From NCBI GenBank assembly GCA_963727225.1, contig CAVSFN010000003.1:15676-79675 (forward strand): a stretch of 64,000 nucleotides of DNA, given 5' to 3'. This DNA comes from an uncultured Pseudomonadota bacterium. Its GTDB lineage: Bacteria > Pseudomonadota > Alphaproteobacteria > Rhizobiales > Xanthobacteraceae. This document shows positions 46,254 through 56,343 of the stretch, piece after piece (positions within the stretch are counted from its first letter, which is position 1; each line of letters begins with the position of its first letter). The notes under the pieces are model-generated. The model was not told where the DNA came from. It saw nothing but the letters and a program-made list of their open reading frames with translations, and did not search any database. The translations under genes and the position numbers were made by a program.

Positions 46254-47058
46254 CGGTCACCGCTTTCCGGCCGGCATCAATTTCGCGATGGCCGCCGAGA
46301 TAGGCCTCGGCGACGGCCGGATCGTGCCTTACCTCGTCCGGTGTGCCCGCCGCAATCTTGCGGCCGAAATTCAGGACGTGGACGGAATCCGAGATGTCCA
46401 TCACGATTCGCATCTCGTGCTCGATCATCACCACCGTGATGCCCAGTTCGTCACGAATGTCGAGTACGAACCGGGCGATGTCTTCGGTCTCCTCCTGGTT
46501 CATGCCCGATACCATTTCGTCGAGCAGCAACAGCTTCGGTTCACAGGCGAGCGCGCGGGCAAGCTCGACGCGCTTCTGTTGGCCATAGGACAGCGTTCCG
46601 ACAATGGCATCGCGGATGTGTTCGATCTCGAGGAATTCGATGATCTCCTCGACCCGCCGCCGGGCGTCGATCTCCTCGGCTCGGGTGCGGCCGAAAAACA
46701 GCACGGCGTCGAAAACGCCGGAACGCAGATGGGTGTGACGGCCGGTCAGGATATTTTCGACCACCGTGCCATGCTTGAACAGCGCCAGATTTTGAAAGGT
46801 TCGGCCGATGCCGATGGCGGCAAAACGCCAGGGCGATACGCGGGCGAGATCGGTACCGTCAAACATGATACGGCCGGTGCTTGGCCGCAGCACGCCACTG
46901 ATGATGTTGAACAGCGTGGTCTTCCCGGCGCCGTTGGGACCGATGACGCTGCAGATTTCACCCGGCGCCACGGCGAGACTGACGTCGGAAATGGCCTTGA
47001 GGCCACCAAAATTCTTGCTGATGTTTTCGACCGAAAGCAGCGCGGTCACGACAACCAC
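46240..47058 (-). CDS. ABC transporter ATP-binding protein (LivG-like)
   Basis: FGGLKAISDVSLAVAPGEICSVIGPNGAGKTTLFNIISG, the signature LSYGQQKRVELARAL, and Walker B LLLDE. Confidence 0.92.
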   Translation of the reverse strand: MVVVTALLSVENISKNFGGLKAISDVSLAVAPGEICSVIGPNGAGKTTLFNIISGVLRPSTGRIMFDGTDLARVSPWRFAAIGIGRTFQNLALFKHGTVVENILTGRHTHLRSGVFDAVLFFGRTRAEEIDARRRVEEIIEFLEIEHIRDAIVGTLSYGQQKRVELARALACEPKLLLLDEMVSGMNQEETEDIARFVLDIRDELGITVVMIEHEMRIVMDISDSVHVLNFGRKIAAGTPDEVRHDPAVAEAYLGGHREIDAGRKAVTDVNA

Positions 47059-47894
47059 CTCTTGCGCCGCTTGTAGTGCTTGACGTCGCGCAGGCTTTTG
47101 CGGCCCGAGCCGGATACGCCCAGATAGAACTCCCGCACATCTTCGTTGGCCGACAACCTCTCGGCGGTACCGTCGAGAACGACGCGCCCGGTCTCGAGAA
47201 TGTAGGCGTAGTCGGCGATATCCAGCGCGCGCTGCGCGTTTTGCTCGACCAGCAGCACCGTCATCTTCATCTCGTCCCGCAACTTGACGATCACCTCATA
47301 GATCCGGTCGATAATCAGCGGCGCGAGGCCAAGCGACGGCTCATCGAGGGCGAGAAGCACGGGACCCGTCATCAGGGCGCGGCCGATCGCCAGCATCTGC
47401 TGCTCGCCGCCGGACATGTAACCGGCGATCTGGTCGCGCCGTTCGAACAGGCGCGGGAACAGCGCAAACACCTGGTCCCGCCGGTCGCGGGCTTCCGCCG
47501 ATGTCCGGGTGTACCCGCCCATTTGCAGGTTCTCGTCGATGGTCAGCGCCGGAAATACGCGCCGGCCTTCGGGCACCTGCACAATGCCGCGCCGCACCAG
47601 TTCGTCGGGCGCCAGCCGATGCACGTCCTCGTTCCGGAACCGGATGGCGCCGTTCTCGATCACGCCTTCCTCGGTGTAGAGAATGCCGGACATCGCCTTC
47701 AGAAGCGTCGATTTTCCCGCACCGTTGGACCCGAGCAGCGCGACGATGCCGCCTTCGGGGACGCCAATACTGACGTCGCGGATGGCCTCGATGGCGTTGT
47801 CGTAGACGATACGGATATTGCGAAATTCAAGCAGGCATGGAGGTTCGGGCGCGATCCGGCCGCCTCTGGTTTCCGCCTGCGTCGAGATCGCCAT
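47046..47894 (-). CDS. ABC transporter ATP-binding protein (LivF-like)
   Basis: Walker A LLGSNGAGKSTLLKAM, signature MSGGEQQMLAIGRAL, and Walker B LALDEPS. Confidence 0.9.
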   Translation of the reverse strand: MAISTQAETRGGRIAPEPPCLLEFRNIRIVYDNAIEAIRDVSIGVPEGGIVALLGSNGAGKSTLLKAMSGILYTEEGVIENGAIRFRNEDVHRLAPDELVRRGIVQVPEGRRVFPALTIDENLQMGGYTRTSAEARDRRDQVFALFPRLFERRDQIAGYMSGGEQQMLAIGRALMTGPVLLALDEPSLGLAPLIIDRIYEVIVKLRDEMKMTVLLVEQNAQRALDIADYAYILETGRVVLDGTAERLSANEDVREFYLGVSGSGRKSLRDVKHYKRRKRWLS

Positions 47895-47915
47895 AAGCCC
47901 AACGTTCCCCTGGAT

Positions 47916-49229
47916 TCAAAGCCTGCGGGCGTGCGGAGCGCGCTGCCGTCGAGCAAGGATCGCGTCGGTGACGATCTTGGCCGTTTCAGCGCAGGCCTGC
48001 GTTCCCCCGTTGCCATATTCCTTCACCGCGTCGCCCACGCACCACAGGCCCTCGATGCCGGTCTCGCGCGGCAGATCGTAGCCGGCACAACTGCGCTGCG
48101 CCGGCCAATCATCCCGCATTACGCGGGTCGACAGAATCCTGGCCTGATTGAAATTGGGAAACTGCTCACGCAGATCGGCAAGCGCCAGCTCGACTTCTGC
48201 TCCTGAGTCAAAATCACCCAGCGCCGGAATTGGCACCGCATAGGCGACATACAGATGCCAGCCCGGCGGCGCCAGCTCGGGACAGGTGGCGGTGAGATTG
48301 GCCATGTTGCAGAGCCGGCGGGTTTTCCCGAAGGTGACGATGCCCGGATGCGAAAGCAGCGGTTGCCGGCTCGCGATGTTGATGACGATGTTGGCCGCGG
48401 GGCGAAGTCCGTTTCGCACCCGCTCAACATAATCAGAAGGAAACGCAGCCTCTCCGCCGAGAGCGACGGTAGCTTTGGGGCCGGCATTGCTGATGATCAG
48501 ATCGGTATCGATCCTGACGGTCTGACCGTCTCTGACAACGCTGACGCCTTCGGCGCGGCCGTCCCTGGTGTGAATCGCCACTGCCGGCGTGGCCAGCCAG
48601 ATGTCGCCGTTGCGTTTGATCGCCGTGGCCAGCGCATTCCAGACGCCGATGGTGCCTTGCGGACAGAATCCGAAGCGCTTGAACGCGCCCTTGGCTGTGA
48701 AATAGGTCAGGAAGGCGCGGGCCGGCAGTTCGGCGGCGTTGCAGGCAAAGATCGCCGCGCACAGGTTACGGAAGATGGCGTGAACCGAAGCATTGCTGGT
48801 GTAGGATTTGAGCCAGTCTTCAGTGGATTGGCGTCCATCCGGAAGATTGCCGGCACGCGCATCGGCGAACTTTTCCAGGATGCGCGAGGCCTGCTTGGTC
48901 AATTGACCGAGCAGCAGCGACCAGCCGCCCCGGCCGACATCGATCAGCTTGCCATCGATGAAGAAAGAACTGGCAGGCTCCGGGGTGCGGATGTCGAGCG
49001 CTGCGCCGACGGTATTGAAGGTCTCCTCGAACACGCCGCCGAGTTCGATCGCAATGGCGCCGATATTGACCTTGAAGCCGTCGATTTCTTCGGTCGAGGC
49101 GCGTCCGCCGATGCGGTCCTTGTCGTCGACGACGATGGTGTGCAGTCCGGCATGGGAAAGCCGGGCCGCGGCGCAAAGCCCGCCTGCGCCGGCGCCGATC
49201 ACCACCGCATCCGCCCGAACAACCGTCAT
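47916..49229 (-). CDS. FAD/NAD(P)-dependent oxidoreductase (phytoene-desaturase-like amine-oxidase fold)
   Basis: Dinucleotide-binding motif VVIGAGAGGLCAAARLSHAGLHTIVVDDKDRIGGR. Start moved to ATG 49229, which has GGAGG 6 nt upstream. Confidence 0.85.
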   Translation of the reverse strand: MTVVRADAVVIGAGAGGLCAAARLSHAGLHTIVVDDKDRIGGRASTEEIDGFKVNIGAIAIELGGVFEETFNTVGAALDIRTPEPASSFFIDGKLIDVGRGGWSLLLGQLTKQASRILEKFADARAGNLPDGRQSTEDWLKSYTSNASVHAIFRNLCAAIFACNAAELPARAFLTYFTAKGAFKRFGFCPQGTIGVWNALATAIKRNGDIWLATPAVAIHTRDGRAEGVSVVRDGQTVRIDTDLIISNAGPKATVALGGEAAFPSDYVERVRNGLRPAANIVINIASRQPLLSHPGIVTFGKTRRLCNMANLTATCPELAPPGWHLYVAYAVPIPALGDFDSGAEVELALADLREQFPNFNQARILSTRVMRDDWPAQRSCAGYDLPRETGIEGLWCVGDAVKEYGNGGTQACAETAKIVTDAILARRQRAPHARRL

Positions 49230-49508
49230 TATGCCTCCCCGAGAGTGCGCGCGGTTGATCCGGGCTTGGTAACTCATCCAATGCGCAGCTTTATATTATA
49301 ATCCGACTAGCCGTTCAATCAATTTTTTGCAATAAGGATCGAAACGTCCGCCTTGCCGCCTTCGCGGTCAATCCCGTGGGGAGAAACTGTCGGCTATGCG
49401 TCGATGCCGCTATCCGAAAAGGCCGCTGAATCAGATATGGATGTGCCAAGACTTGCGATCAAAACGAGGCCTACGATCAAAAGCTGAAGCTGAATCGGAC
49501 AACACTCC

Positions 49509-50144
49509 ATGGCGCGAACTCGCTCTGAAAACTACGACGGCATTTATCTGGGTATTTTGACCAATGCCGCGGCGCTGTTTTCCGCGCAGGGCTACATGCG
49601 CAGCTCGATCGCCGATCTCGCCGATGCCTGCAAGCTATCGCGCGGCGCGCTTTATCATTACTTCGATTCCAAGGAGGCGATCCTGTTTGCCATCCTTGAC
49701 GCCCATGTCCGCGAGATGATTCAGCGGGTCGAAGCCGCGGTTGCCGAGGGCGGCTCGACGCTGACGCAATTTCGCAACGTTATTCGCGCCATTGTCGAGG
49801 TCAATGCCAAATCGCCACACGAGCAACGCGTTCTGATTCACGATCTGCCATTTCTCAACGAGCATGAGCAGCAAGCCATCAAGAACCTAGAGCGGCAGCT
49901 CGTGGATATCGTCACGGATCTTTTGGTCCGGCTCGATGCCGAAGGAAAAATCGTCAAGCGGACCAAGAAGATCTACACCATGATCCTGTTCGGGATCATC
50001 AACTTTACTTACACATGGTATGATCCGAAAGGCGGTATTGGCCCTAAGGAATTCGCCGACACCGCAGTCGAGCTGTTTCTAAACGGGTTTGCACCCGGCC
50101 ATGCGGCCAAATCCGTCCTGGCCAACCGGCGCGAGAAAGCCTAG
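49509..50144 (+). CDS. TetR-family transcriptional regulator
   Basis: The N-terminal HTH SIADLADACKLSRGALYHYFDSKEAIL. Confidence 0.88.
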   Translation: MARTRSENYDGIYLGILTNAAALFSAQGYMRSSIADLADACKLSRGALYHYFDSKEAILFAILDAHVREMIQRVEAAVAEGGSTLTQFRNVIRAIVEVNAKSPHEQRVLIHDLPFLNEHEQQAIKNLERQLVDIVTDLLVRLDAEGKIVKRTKKIYTMILFGIINFTYTWYDPKGGIGPKEFADTAVELFLNGFAPGHAAKSVLANRREKA

Positions 50145-50169
50145 CTCGGAGAAAAGTGGCTGACGGCGC

Positions 50170-50754
50170 TTAATCGCCGGCAGAGCGCGTGGTTGCGAAT
50201 TGCGGAAATATCTCGGCGACAACCGGTCCGTCGGTTCGCCAGGAATGGCAGCCATCGATGAAAAATGGCCGCTCGGTGACGGCGCGATGATGGTCCATCG
50301 CGTCGCGGCCTTCCGGCGATTTGCCGTGGGACATCGTCTGAAACAGCGCCGTGACGGCGGGGCCAAGCAACTCCGACAAGTGGGTGCAGGTCTCCAGTCG
50401 CCCCATCTTGCGCCGAACGATCTCGCGCCACCCCTTGCCGATGCGCTCGCCCACCAAGCGTTGCAATATTGGTTCGACGTCGATGCAGGTCGGAAACGGT
50501 GTCGCGCGCATCATCGCCTGCGCTTCGCGAATGGTGAGAGAATCATCGACCGCGAGCCGCAAGCCGATGTCATGAACGGGATCGCCGGGCTGAAGTTCAC
50601 CGCGGAAATGGTCGTGTTGTGCGAAGGGCTTGGTGTCGAGAAGCCGCGCCTCGACTTCCCACAGTCCGTCGTTGCGGAGGTAGCCGGTGCATTCGATCGA
50701 TCGGCGATGCATCAGGCGACGCCGGTCGCCGCTGTCTTCATTGATATCAGTCAT
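50170..50754 (-). CDS. DUF2889 family protein
   Basis: HRRSIECTGYLRNDGLWEVEARLLDTK...PVHDIGLRLAVDDSLTI...GRLETCTHLSELL matches the DUF2889 pattern as I remember it. Start moved to ATG 50754 (MTDINED). Confidence 0.75.
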   Translation of the reverse strand: MTDINEDSGDRRRLMHRRSIECTGYLRNDGLWEVEARLLDTKPFAQHDHFRGELQPGDPVHDIGLRLAVDDSLTIREAQAMMRATPFPTCIDVEPILQRLVGERIGKGWREIVRRKMGRLETCTHLSELLGPAVTALFQTMSHGKSPEGRDAMDHHRAVTERPFFIDGCHSWRTDGPVVAEIFPQFATTRSAGD

Positions 50755-50831
50755 TTTCTTTTTGCCCTTGCTGGCGAAACTCGCCTTGGCGTTCCGCAAT
50801 AGCTCGCGTCCTTTGGCTCGCCCTGGCGTAG

Positions 50832-51809
50832 CTAGCTGATCCGGACGACCATCTTTCCAAGCGCCGAACGGGTCTGCATGGTCGTGAAGGCATCGCGAAA
50901 ATCCTCGAATGCAAATATCTTGCCGACAACCGGATCGAGCTTCTTTTCCGTGAGCCATGTGAACAACTGGGACATCACCCGCCTCTGCGCTTCCGGCTCA
51001 CGGTGAGGAATTTGAGCGACATCGACGCCCAGGAGGATTCCACCCTTCAGAAGCGGCAGGTTGAACGGCAACGCGGGGATGCTTCCGGCGGCGAATCCGA
51101 CCACGAGATGACGGCCGCCCCAGGCGATCGAACGAAATGCCTGCAAGGCGACATCGCCGCCCACCGGATCCAAGATCACGTCGGCGCCATGACCGTCGGT
51201 CAAGCTCTTGAACGCGTCACGCCAATCGGCCTTCGTGTAATCCACCGTGGCGTCGGCGCCGAAGCGGGTTGCAAACTTCCGCTTCTCCTCGGTGGAGGCT
51301 GCGGCAATCACACGGGCGCCCAGCAGTTTGCCGATTTGAACCGCGGCAATCCCGACCCCGCCCGCGGCACCCAATACCAGAAGATTCTCGTTCGCGCGCA
51401 GCGTTCCCCGCTCGCTCAATGCATAGAGTGACGTCAGGTAGTTGGTGCGGAATGACGCACCGACCTCCGGCGCAATGCCGTCGGGCATGACTTGCAGCGC
51501 CGCTGCCGGTACCGCGACAAATTCCGCGAGCGCGCCCGACCGCGCCATGCCCATCACCGACATGCCGGGCGTAAATCCCGAAACATCGGCCGCGGCTTCG
51601 TCGACGACGCCTGCGAATTCCGACCCGGGCGTGAAGGGGAGTGCATCCTTGGTCTGGTATAGCCCCAGCACCTTCAGACCGTCGACAAAGCCGACGCTCG
51701 CGGCCTGGATCCTGACCCGCACGTGGCCGGCCGAAACCTCGGGCAAGGGAACCTGCTTCAGCCGTATATTATGGATGGAATCGTACTTCTCGACCACGAC
51801 GGCTTGCAT
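50832..51809 (-). CDS. NADPH:quinone oxidoreductase / zinc-type alcohol dehydrogenase superfamily
   Basis: MDR fold with the cofactor motif LVLGAAGGVGIAAVQIGKLLGARVIA. Confidence 0.9.
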   Translation of the reverse strand: MQAVVVEKYDSIHNIRLKQVPLPEVSAGHVRVRIQAASVGFVDGLKVLGLYQTKDALPFTPGSEFAGVVDEAAADVSGFTPGMSVMGMARSGALAEFVAVPAAALQVMPDGIAPEVGASFRTNYLTSLYALSERGTLRANENLLVLGAAGGVGIAAVQIGKLLGARVIAAASTEEKRKFATRFGADATVDYTKADWRDAFKSLTDGHGADVILDPVGGDVALQAFRSIAWGGRHLVVGFAAGSIPALPFNLPLLKGGILLGVDVAQIPHREPEAQRRVMSQLFTWLTEKKLDPVVGKIFAFEDFRDAFTTMQTRSALGKMVVRIS

Positions 51810-52156
51810 TTTTCACCCTTGCTCAGTGCGCTGGCGCAATGGCGAAGGATGTGCCTCGCAAGGCTGCCATAGTTCAAGCCTTGAATAATTTGACCGACTA
51901 TCCGGATAATAGTAAGTCGAGCCGGTTTGGCAATCCGCTAACTGTGGCTCGTTGAGATGAGCAACGTTGACGTTTCATCGGCACAGTCCCCGTCCCCAAA
52001 GTGGTGTGGCCATGCTTCGCGCGATTCGAGCGATTTTGAACAGGACGATTGCGTACGGCGCCAACAAAGTCATGAAGGAGGTTGTCAGCCGGACGAATTG
52101 ACTCCCAAACACGGTCGTCCTCAAATGTTGGCAACAATAACCCAAAGGAAAACACC

Positions 52157-53389
52157 ATGGTGGACGCGCTGATCATCGATGCATGCAGAACGCCGCGAGG
52201 CATTGGCAAGGCCGGAAAAGGCGCGCTGGCCGGCATTCATCCGCAGCAGCTCGGCGCGACCGTGTTGCGGGCGCTGGCCGATCGCACCGGGATCGATACC
52301 GCCGATGTCGACGACATCATCTGGGGCACCAGTTCCCAGCGCGGCCAGCAAAGCGGCGATCTCGGCCGGATGTCGGCTCTCGATGCGGGCTATGACTTTC
52401 GTGCCAGCGGCGTCACGCTCGACCGCTTCTGCGGATCCGGCATCACCAGCGTCAACATGGCGGCCGCCGCTATCATGTCGGGCTCCGAGGATCTCGTGAT
52501 CGCCGGTGGCACCGAGATGATGTCGATGGAGGGACGTCGCGGCGAAGGCCCCATGATGATGGATTCCGGCAATCTGCGTCTCCGCGCCAGGCATCCGCAA
52601 TCACATCAGGGCGTTTGCGCCGACGCCGTCGCAACGCTCGAAGGTATCACCCGGCAGGACGTCGATGCGTTGGGGCTTGAGAGCCAGCAAAAGGCCGCCA
52701 ACGCCATCAGCCGCGGCTATTTCGACAGGAGTCTCGTGCCGGTTCATCGCGAAGACGGCAGCCTCGCGCTCGACCGCGAGGAATATCCGCGGCCGCAGAC
52801 CACACTGGAGGGGCTCGCCGGCCTGAAGCCAGCCTTCACGGTCGTGGCGGACTATCCGCTCGACGACAAGGGCACGACTTATCGCAATTTGATTCTGCAA
52901 AAATATCCTGATCTGGAGATCGAGTTCGTGCACCATGCCGGTAATTCGTCCGGCGTGGTCGATGGTTCGGCCGCAATTCTGCTGGCTTCGCCGAACTATG
53001 CCAAGGTGCATGGCCTGAAGCCACGCGCGCGTGTGGTGGCGATGGCCAACATGGGTGACTCCCCGACCCTGATGCTCAATGCTCCGGTACCGGCGGCGCG
53101 CAAGGTGCTGGCGAAAGCAGGCCTAACGCTCGACGATATTGATCTGTTCGAGATCAACGAGGCATTCGCAGTAGTTGCTGAGAAATTCATTCGTGACCTC
53201 GACCTCGACCGCAACAAGGTCAATGTCAATGGCGGATCGATCGCGCTCGGTCATCCGATCGGTGCGACCGGTTCGATTCTGATCGGCACCGTTCTCGACG
53301 AACTGGAACGGCGCGATCTCAAGCGGGGCCTCGTGACCATGTGCGCCGCCGGGGGCATGGCGCCGGCCATCATCATCGAGCGCGTCTAG
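52157..53389 (+). CDS. Acetyl-CoA C-acyltransferase (thiolase)
   Basis: Active-site Cys region RFCGSGITSVNMAA, C-terminal NVNGGSIALGHPIGATG, and CAAGGMA. Start moved to ATG 52157 (MVDALIIDACRTP), which has AAAGGAAAA upstream. Confidence 0.92.
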   Translation: MVDALIIDACRTPRGIGKAGKGALAGIHPQQLGATVLRALADRTGIDTADVDDIIWGTSSQRGQQSGDLGRMSALDAGYDFRASGVTLDRFCGSGITSVNMAAAAIMSGSEDLVIAGGTEMMSMEGRRGEGPMMMDSGNLRLRARHPQSHQGVCADAVATLEGITRQDVDALGLESQQKAANAISRGYFDRSLVPVHREDGSLALDREEYPRPQTTLEGLAGLKPAFTVVADYPLDDKGTTYRNLILQKYPDLEIEFVHHAGNSSGVVDGSAAILLASPNYAKVHGLKPRARVVAMANMGDSPTLMLNAPVPAARKVLAKAGLTLDDIDLFEINEAFAVVAEKFIRDLDLDRNKVNVNGGSIALGHPIGATGSILIGTVLDELERRDLKRGLVTMCAAGGMAPAIIIERV

Positions 53390-53520
53390 AGCCTTTTCCG
53401 TTTCGATTGAATCGAAATGGAGCTCCATTTCTTATTTTGACGCGTTTTCTTCACGCGAACCGGTATCCACCCCGCATCAAGTGCGGGGCAGGCTTTCGCT
53501 GGAACGCGTTATGGCGCGGT
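53386..53520. repeat. Dispersed intergenic repeat (inverted copy of the 13952/36098 family) with an inserted hairpin
   Basis: The reverse complement reads ...GTGGATACCGGTTCGCGTGAAGAAAACGCGTCAAAATAAG...AAAAGGCTCTAGA. It contains the perfect hairpin CCCCGCA-TCAAG-TGCGGGG. Confidence 0.5.
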
Positions 53521-53604
53521 TCGCAGCGAACGCCCGCATTTTGATGCGGGCGGACCCGGGCTCGCGAGCGCTGGACTGAGCCGCCGTCTGTTCGACGGGT
53601 GGGA

Positions 53605-54675
53605 TCAACCGTTGACGACGGTACGGCCTTCCAGACGGGTCTCCGTCACAACGCGATTTCGTCCTGTTCGCTTGGCCAAATACAGCGCGCTGTCACAGCG
53701 CTCCAGGAATTGAGCCATCGATTCCCCCGGTCGAAACTGCGCAACGCCGACTGATACGGTGATGCCCGGTAGAATATCGCCGGTGGAGCGCCGGGTGATC
53801 TGGCACTCCGCAACCGACCGGCGGATTCGTTCGGCGATGACCTCGCAAGCGGCCAGTTCTGCTCCCGGAAGGACAGCGATCAGTTCTTCCCCGCCGTAGC
53901 GAGCCGGCAGGTCCTTTTCACGGACACCATCCCGCAGCGCCTTGGCCATCAGCCGGAGCACCTGATCCCCAACGCCGTGCCCGAAATTGTCATTGAACTT
54001 CTTGAAGCGATCGATGTCGATCAGCAGCACGCTGAGCGGTTCGCCCGTTTCCATCGCGGCAGCTTGCGAAGCGCGGAGAAATTCGTCCAATGCCCGGCGA
54101 TTGGGAAGCCCGGTGAGCGTATCGGTATTGGCCCGTTGTTCCGCCTTGTTCAGGGATTCGCGGATGGTGTCCAGTTCGCGTGAGCTCTCGTTGAGATTGA
54201 TCTCGAGTTTCGAGGCACGCGCTGCGGCCTTGGTCAGTTCATCCATCAGACATTCGACCAGCGGTCTCGGGTCGATGCCGCTTTCAGCCCGCTCCGCGAC
54301 GTTGCCGATAGCCTGGATCTGAGTGTGGTTGTCGGCGATCGCCTGCGCGACGAATCGCTGCGCCTCGGCCATAACGGATTTCAATTTTTCGGAAACATCG
54401 CTGACGGTCGTACCGGCGGAGCCGGCAGCCAGATATGTCGAGAATAATTCCCGGTTCGTTGCTGGATCGAACCTCCTTTTGCCGGCAATCAGAATATCGA
54501 TGGTCCGCTTTAATTCCGGCCTGGTGCTGCATGAATAATTAAACCAGACGGCAAAATTGTTCGGCGTGGGAGCCACCCCGTGTTGCACCATAAGACGGTT
54601 GGCGCGCTCCGCCATCGCCGTTGCATGGTCGAGATCGAATTCTTCGAACGCGGCGGCAATCATGATTAACCCCAA
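53605..54675 (-). CDS. Diguanylate cyclase (GGDEF domain) with an uncharacterised N-terminal sensor region
   Basis: Active-site variant RYGGEELIAVLPG with an I-site REKD five residues upstream. LTGLPNRRAL marks the domain start. Confidence 0.88.
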   Translation of the reverse strand: MGLIMIAAAFEEFDLDHATAMAERANRLMVQHGVAPTPNNFAVWFNYSCSTRPELKRTIDILIAGKRRFDPATNRELFSTYLAAGSAGTTVSDVSEKLKSVMAEAQRFVAQAIADNHTQIQAIGNVAERAESGIDPRPLVECLMDELTKAAARASKLEINLNESSRELDTIRESLNKAEQRANTDTLTGLPNRRALDEFLRASQAAAMETGEPLSVLLIDIDRFKKFNDNFGHGVGDQVLRLMAKALRDGVREKDLPARYGGEELIAVLPGAELAACEVIAERIRRSVAECQITRRSTGDILPGITVSVGVAQFRPGESMAQFLERCDSALYLAKRTGRNRVVTETRLEGRTVVNG

Positions 54676-55098
54676 ATCTACAATTTAAGCCTCGGCCGAG
54701 CCAAGCCCGTATCGCCGCCGGCGACGCCAATCGTCGCTGCAATTTAATGCGACGCAGGCGTTTCTACGAATGAGGGCTCCCCAATTGCGGTCCTCGATCG
54801 GTCAAATTCGCAAGAAGTTCAGTAATCTCATGTGCCGGCACGAGCGATGATCGCAAGACTAAGCCGGGGCAGTGGGCCAAAAAGTTCAAGAGCCGTGATC
54901 CCATACCACCTCTTGGTAGATAGCAGCACGTTCCCGTGGACTCCGTAAATGGAACCTTGGCTTCCAATGGCTAAAATTGAGCGAATTAAGATGTTGAATT
55001 ATGTATGAACAAGATGATCTTTGCTTCAACTTCCCGACCGGATCGCTCTGAAAGTCTCTGATAGCTGGCCGGCTAGCGCCTTTTGCGGTGCATCTCCG

Positions 55099-56343
55099 CT
55101 AATGTTCATAGATCAGCCTCGCCCGGATCGTGCCGTCGAGCTCGCGAATTTCGTCGAGAATTTCGGAACTGGACTGTCCGGCCAGATCGGCGTCGAGCAC
55201 CACGTAGCCGACCTCGTTGTCGGTCTCCAGATACTGCGCGAAGATATTGATGTCGCGCTGCAGGAACACTTCATTCAATCGCCTCAGCATGCCGGGTGCG
55301 TTGCGATGAACGTGGCTGAATCTCGCCCCGAGCGAACGCGCCTGCAATTGCACCTGCGGAAAATTGACGGCGCCCATGGTCGAGCCGCTGTCAACATAGT
55401 CGATCATCTTGCGGGCCACTTCCCGGCCGATCCGATCCTGCGCCTGTTCGGTCGAACCGCCGATGTGGGGCGTGAGGATCACGTTTTCCAGGCCCTGCAA
55501 GGGACTTTCGAAGCGTTCCGAATTTGACGACGGCTCGACCGGAAAGACATCGAGTGCGGCTCCCGCCAGGTGGCCCTCGCGAACCGCCCGCGACAGGGCG
55601 TCGAGGTCGACGACCGTGCCACGACTGTTGTTGATCAGATAGGCGCCGCGCTTCATCAAGCGGAGTTCAGCTTCCCCGATCATGCCATACGTGGCCGGCG
55701 TTTCCGGAACATGAAGGCTGACGATGTCGCTTTGCGCCAGCAGATTTTGAAGGCTCTCGACAGGCTCGGTATTGCCGTGACGAAGCCTGTCGGTGTGATC
55801 GTAGTAGATGACCTTCATGCCCATGCCTTCGGCCAGGGTTGAGAGCTGCGATCCGATATTGCCATAGCCGACAATTCCGAGCGTTCGGCCGCGCACCTCA
55901 TGGCTGTCGGTCGCCGATTTGTCCCAGCCGCCCTTGTGAGCGGCCGAGGAGCGCGGAAAAATCCGCCGAAGCAGCATGACGATCTCGCCGATCACCAGCT
56001 CCGCGACGCTGCGGGTGTTGGAGAACGGCGCATTGAAGACCGGAATGCCGCGTTGACGCGCCGCATCCAGATCGACCTGGTTGGTTCCGACGCTGAAGCA
56101 CCCCACGGCGACCAGGCGGTCGGCGCCGGCGAGTGCCTCGTGGGTAAGTTGTGTCCGGGAGCGAATGCCGAGAAGGTCGACGCCCTTGATGGCTTGAAGG
56201 AGCCCGTCCGCATCGAGGGCCTTGGGCAAGCGTTCGATATTTGAAAAGCTCGCATTGACGAACAACTCGACGGCGCTGTCATTCACACCTTCAAGAAGAA
56301 GGGTTCTGATACTTCCTTTGGAGGAAGAAACACTGGATGGCAT
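55099..56343 (-). CDS. serA: D-3-phosphoglycerate dehydrogenase (long form with a C-terminal ACT domain)
   Basis: 414 aa. NAD motif LGIVGYGNIGSQL, catalytic region NSRGTVVD...LTPHIGGST, and an ACT-like tail (HVHRNAPGMLRRLNEVF). Confidence 0.9.
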   Translation of the reverse strand: MPSSVSSSKGSIRTLLLEGVNDSAVELFVNASFSNIERLPKALDADGLLQAIKGVDLLGIRSRTQLTHEALAGADRLVAVGCFSVGTNQVDLDAARQRGIPVFNAPFSNTRSVAELVIGEIVMLLRRIFPRSSAAHKGGWDKSATDSHEVRGRTLGIVGYGNIGSQLSTLAEGMGMKVIYYDHTDRLRHGNTEPVESLQNLLAQSDIVSLHVPETPATYGMIGEAELRLMKRGAYLINNSRGTVVDLDALSRAVREGHLAGAALDVFPVEPSSNSERFESPLQGLENVILTPHIGGSTEQAQDRIGREVARKMIDYVDSGSTMGAVNFPQVQLQARSLGARFSHVHRNAPGMLRRLNEVFLQRDINIFAQYLETDNEVGYVVLDADLAGQSSSEILDEIRELDGTIRARLIYEH

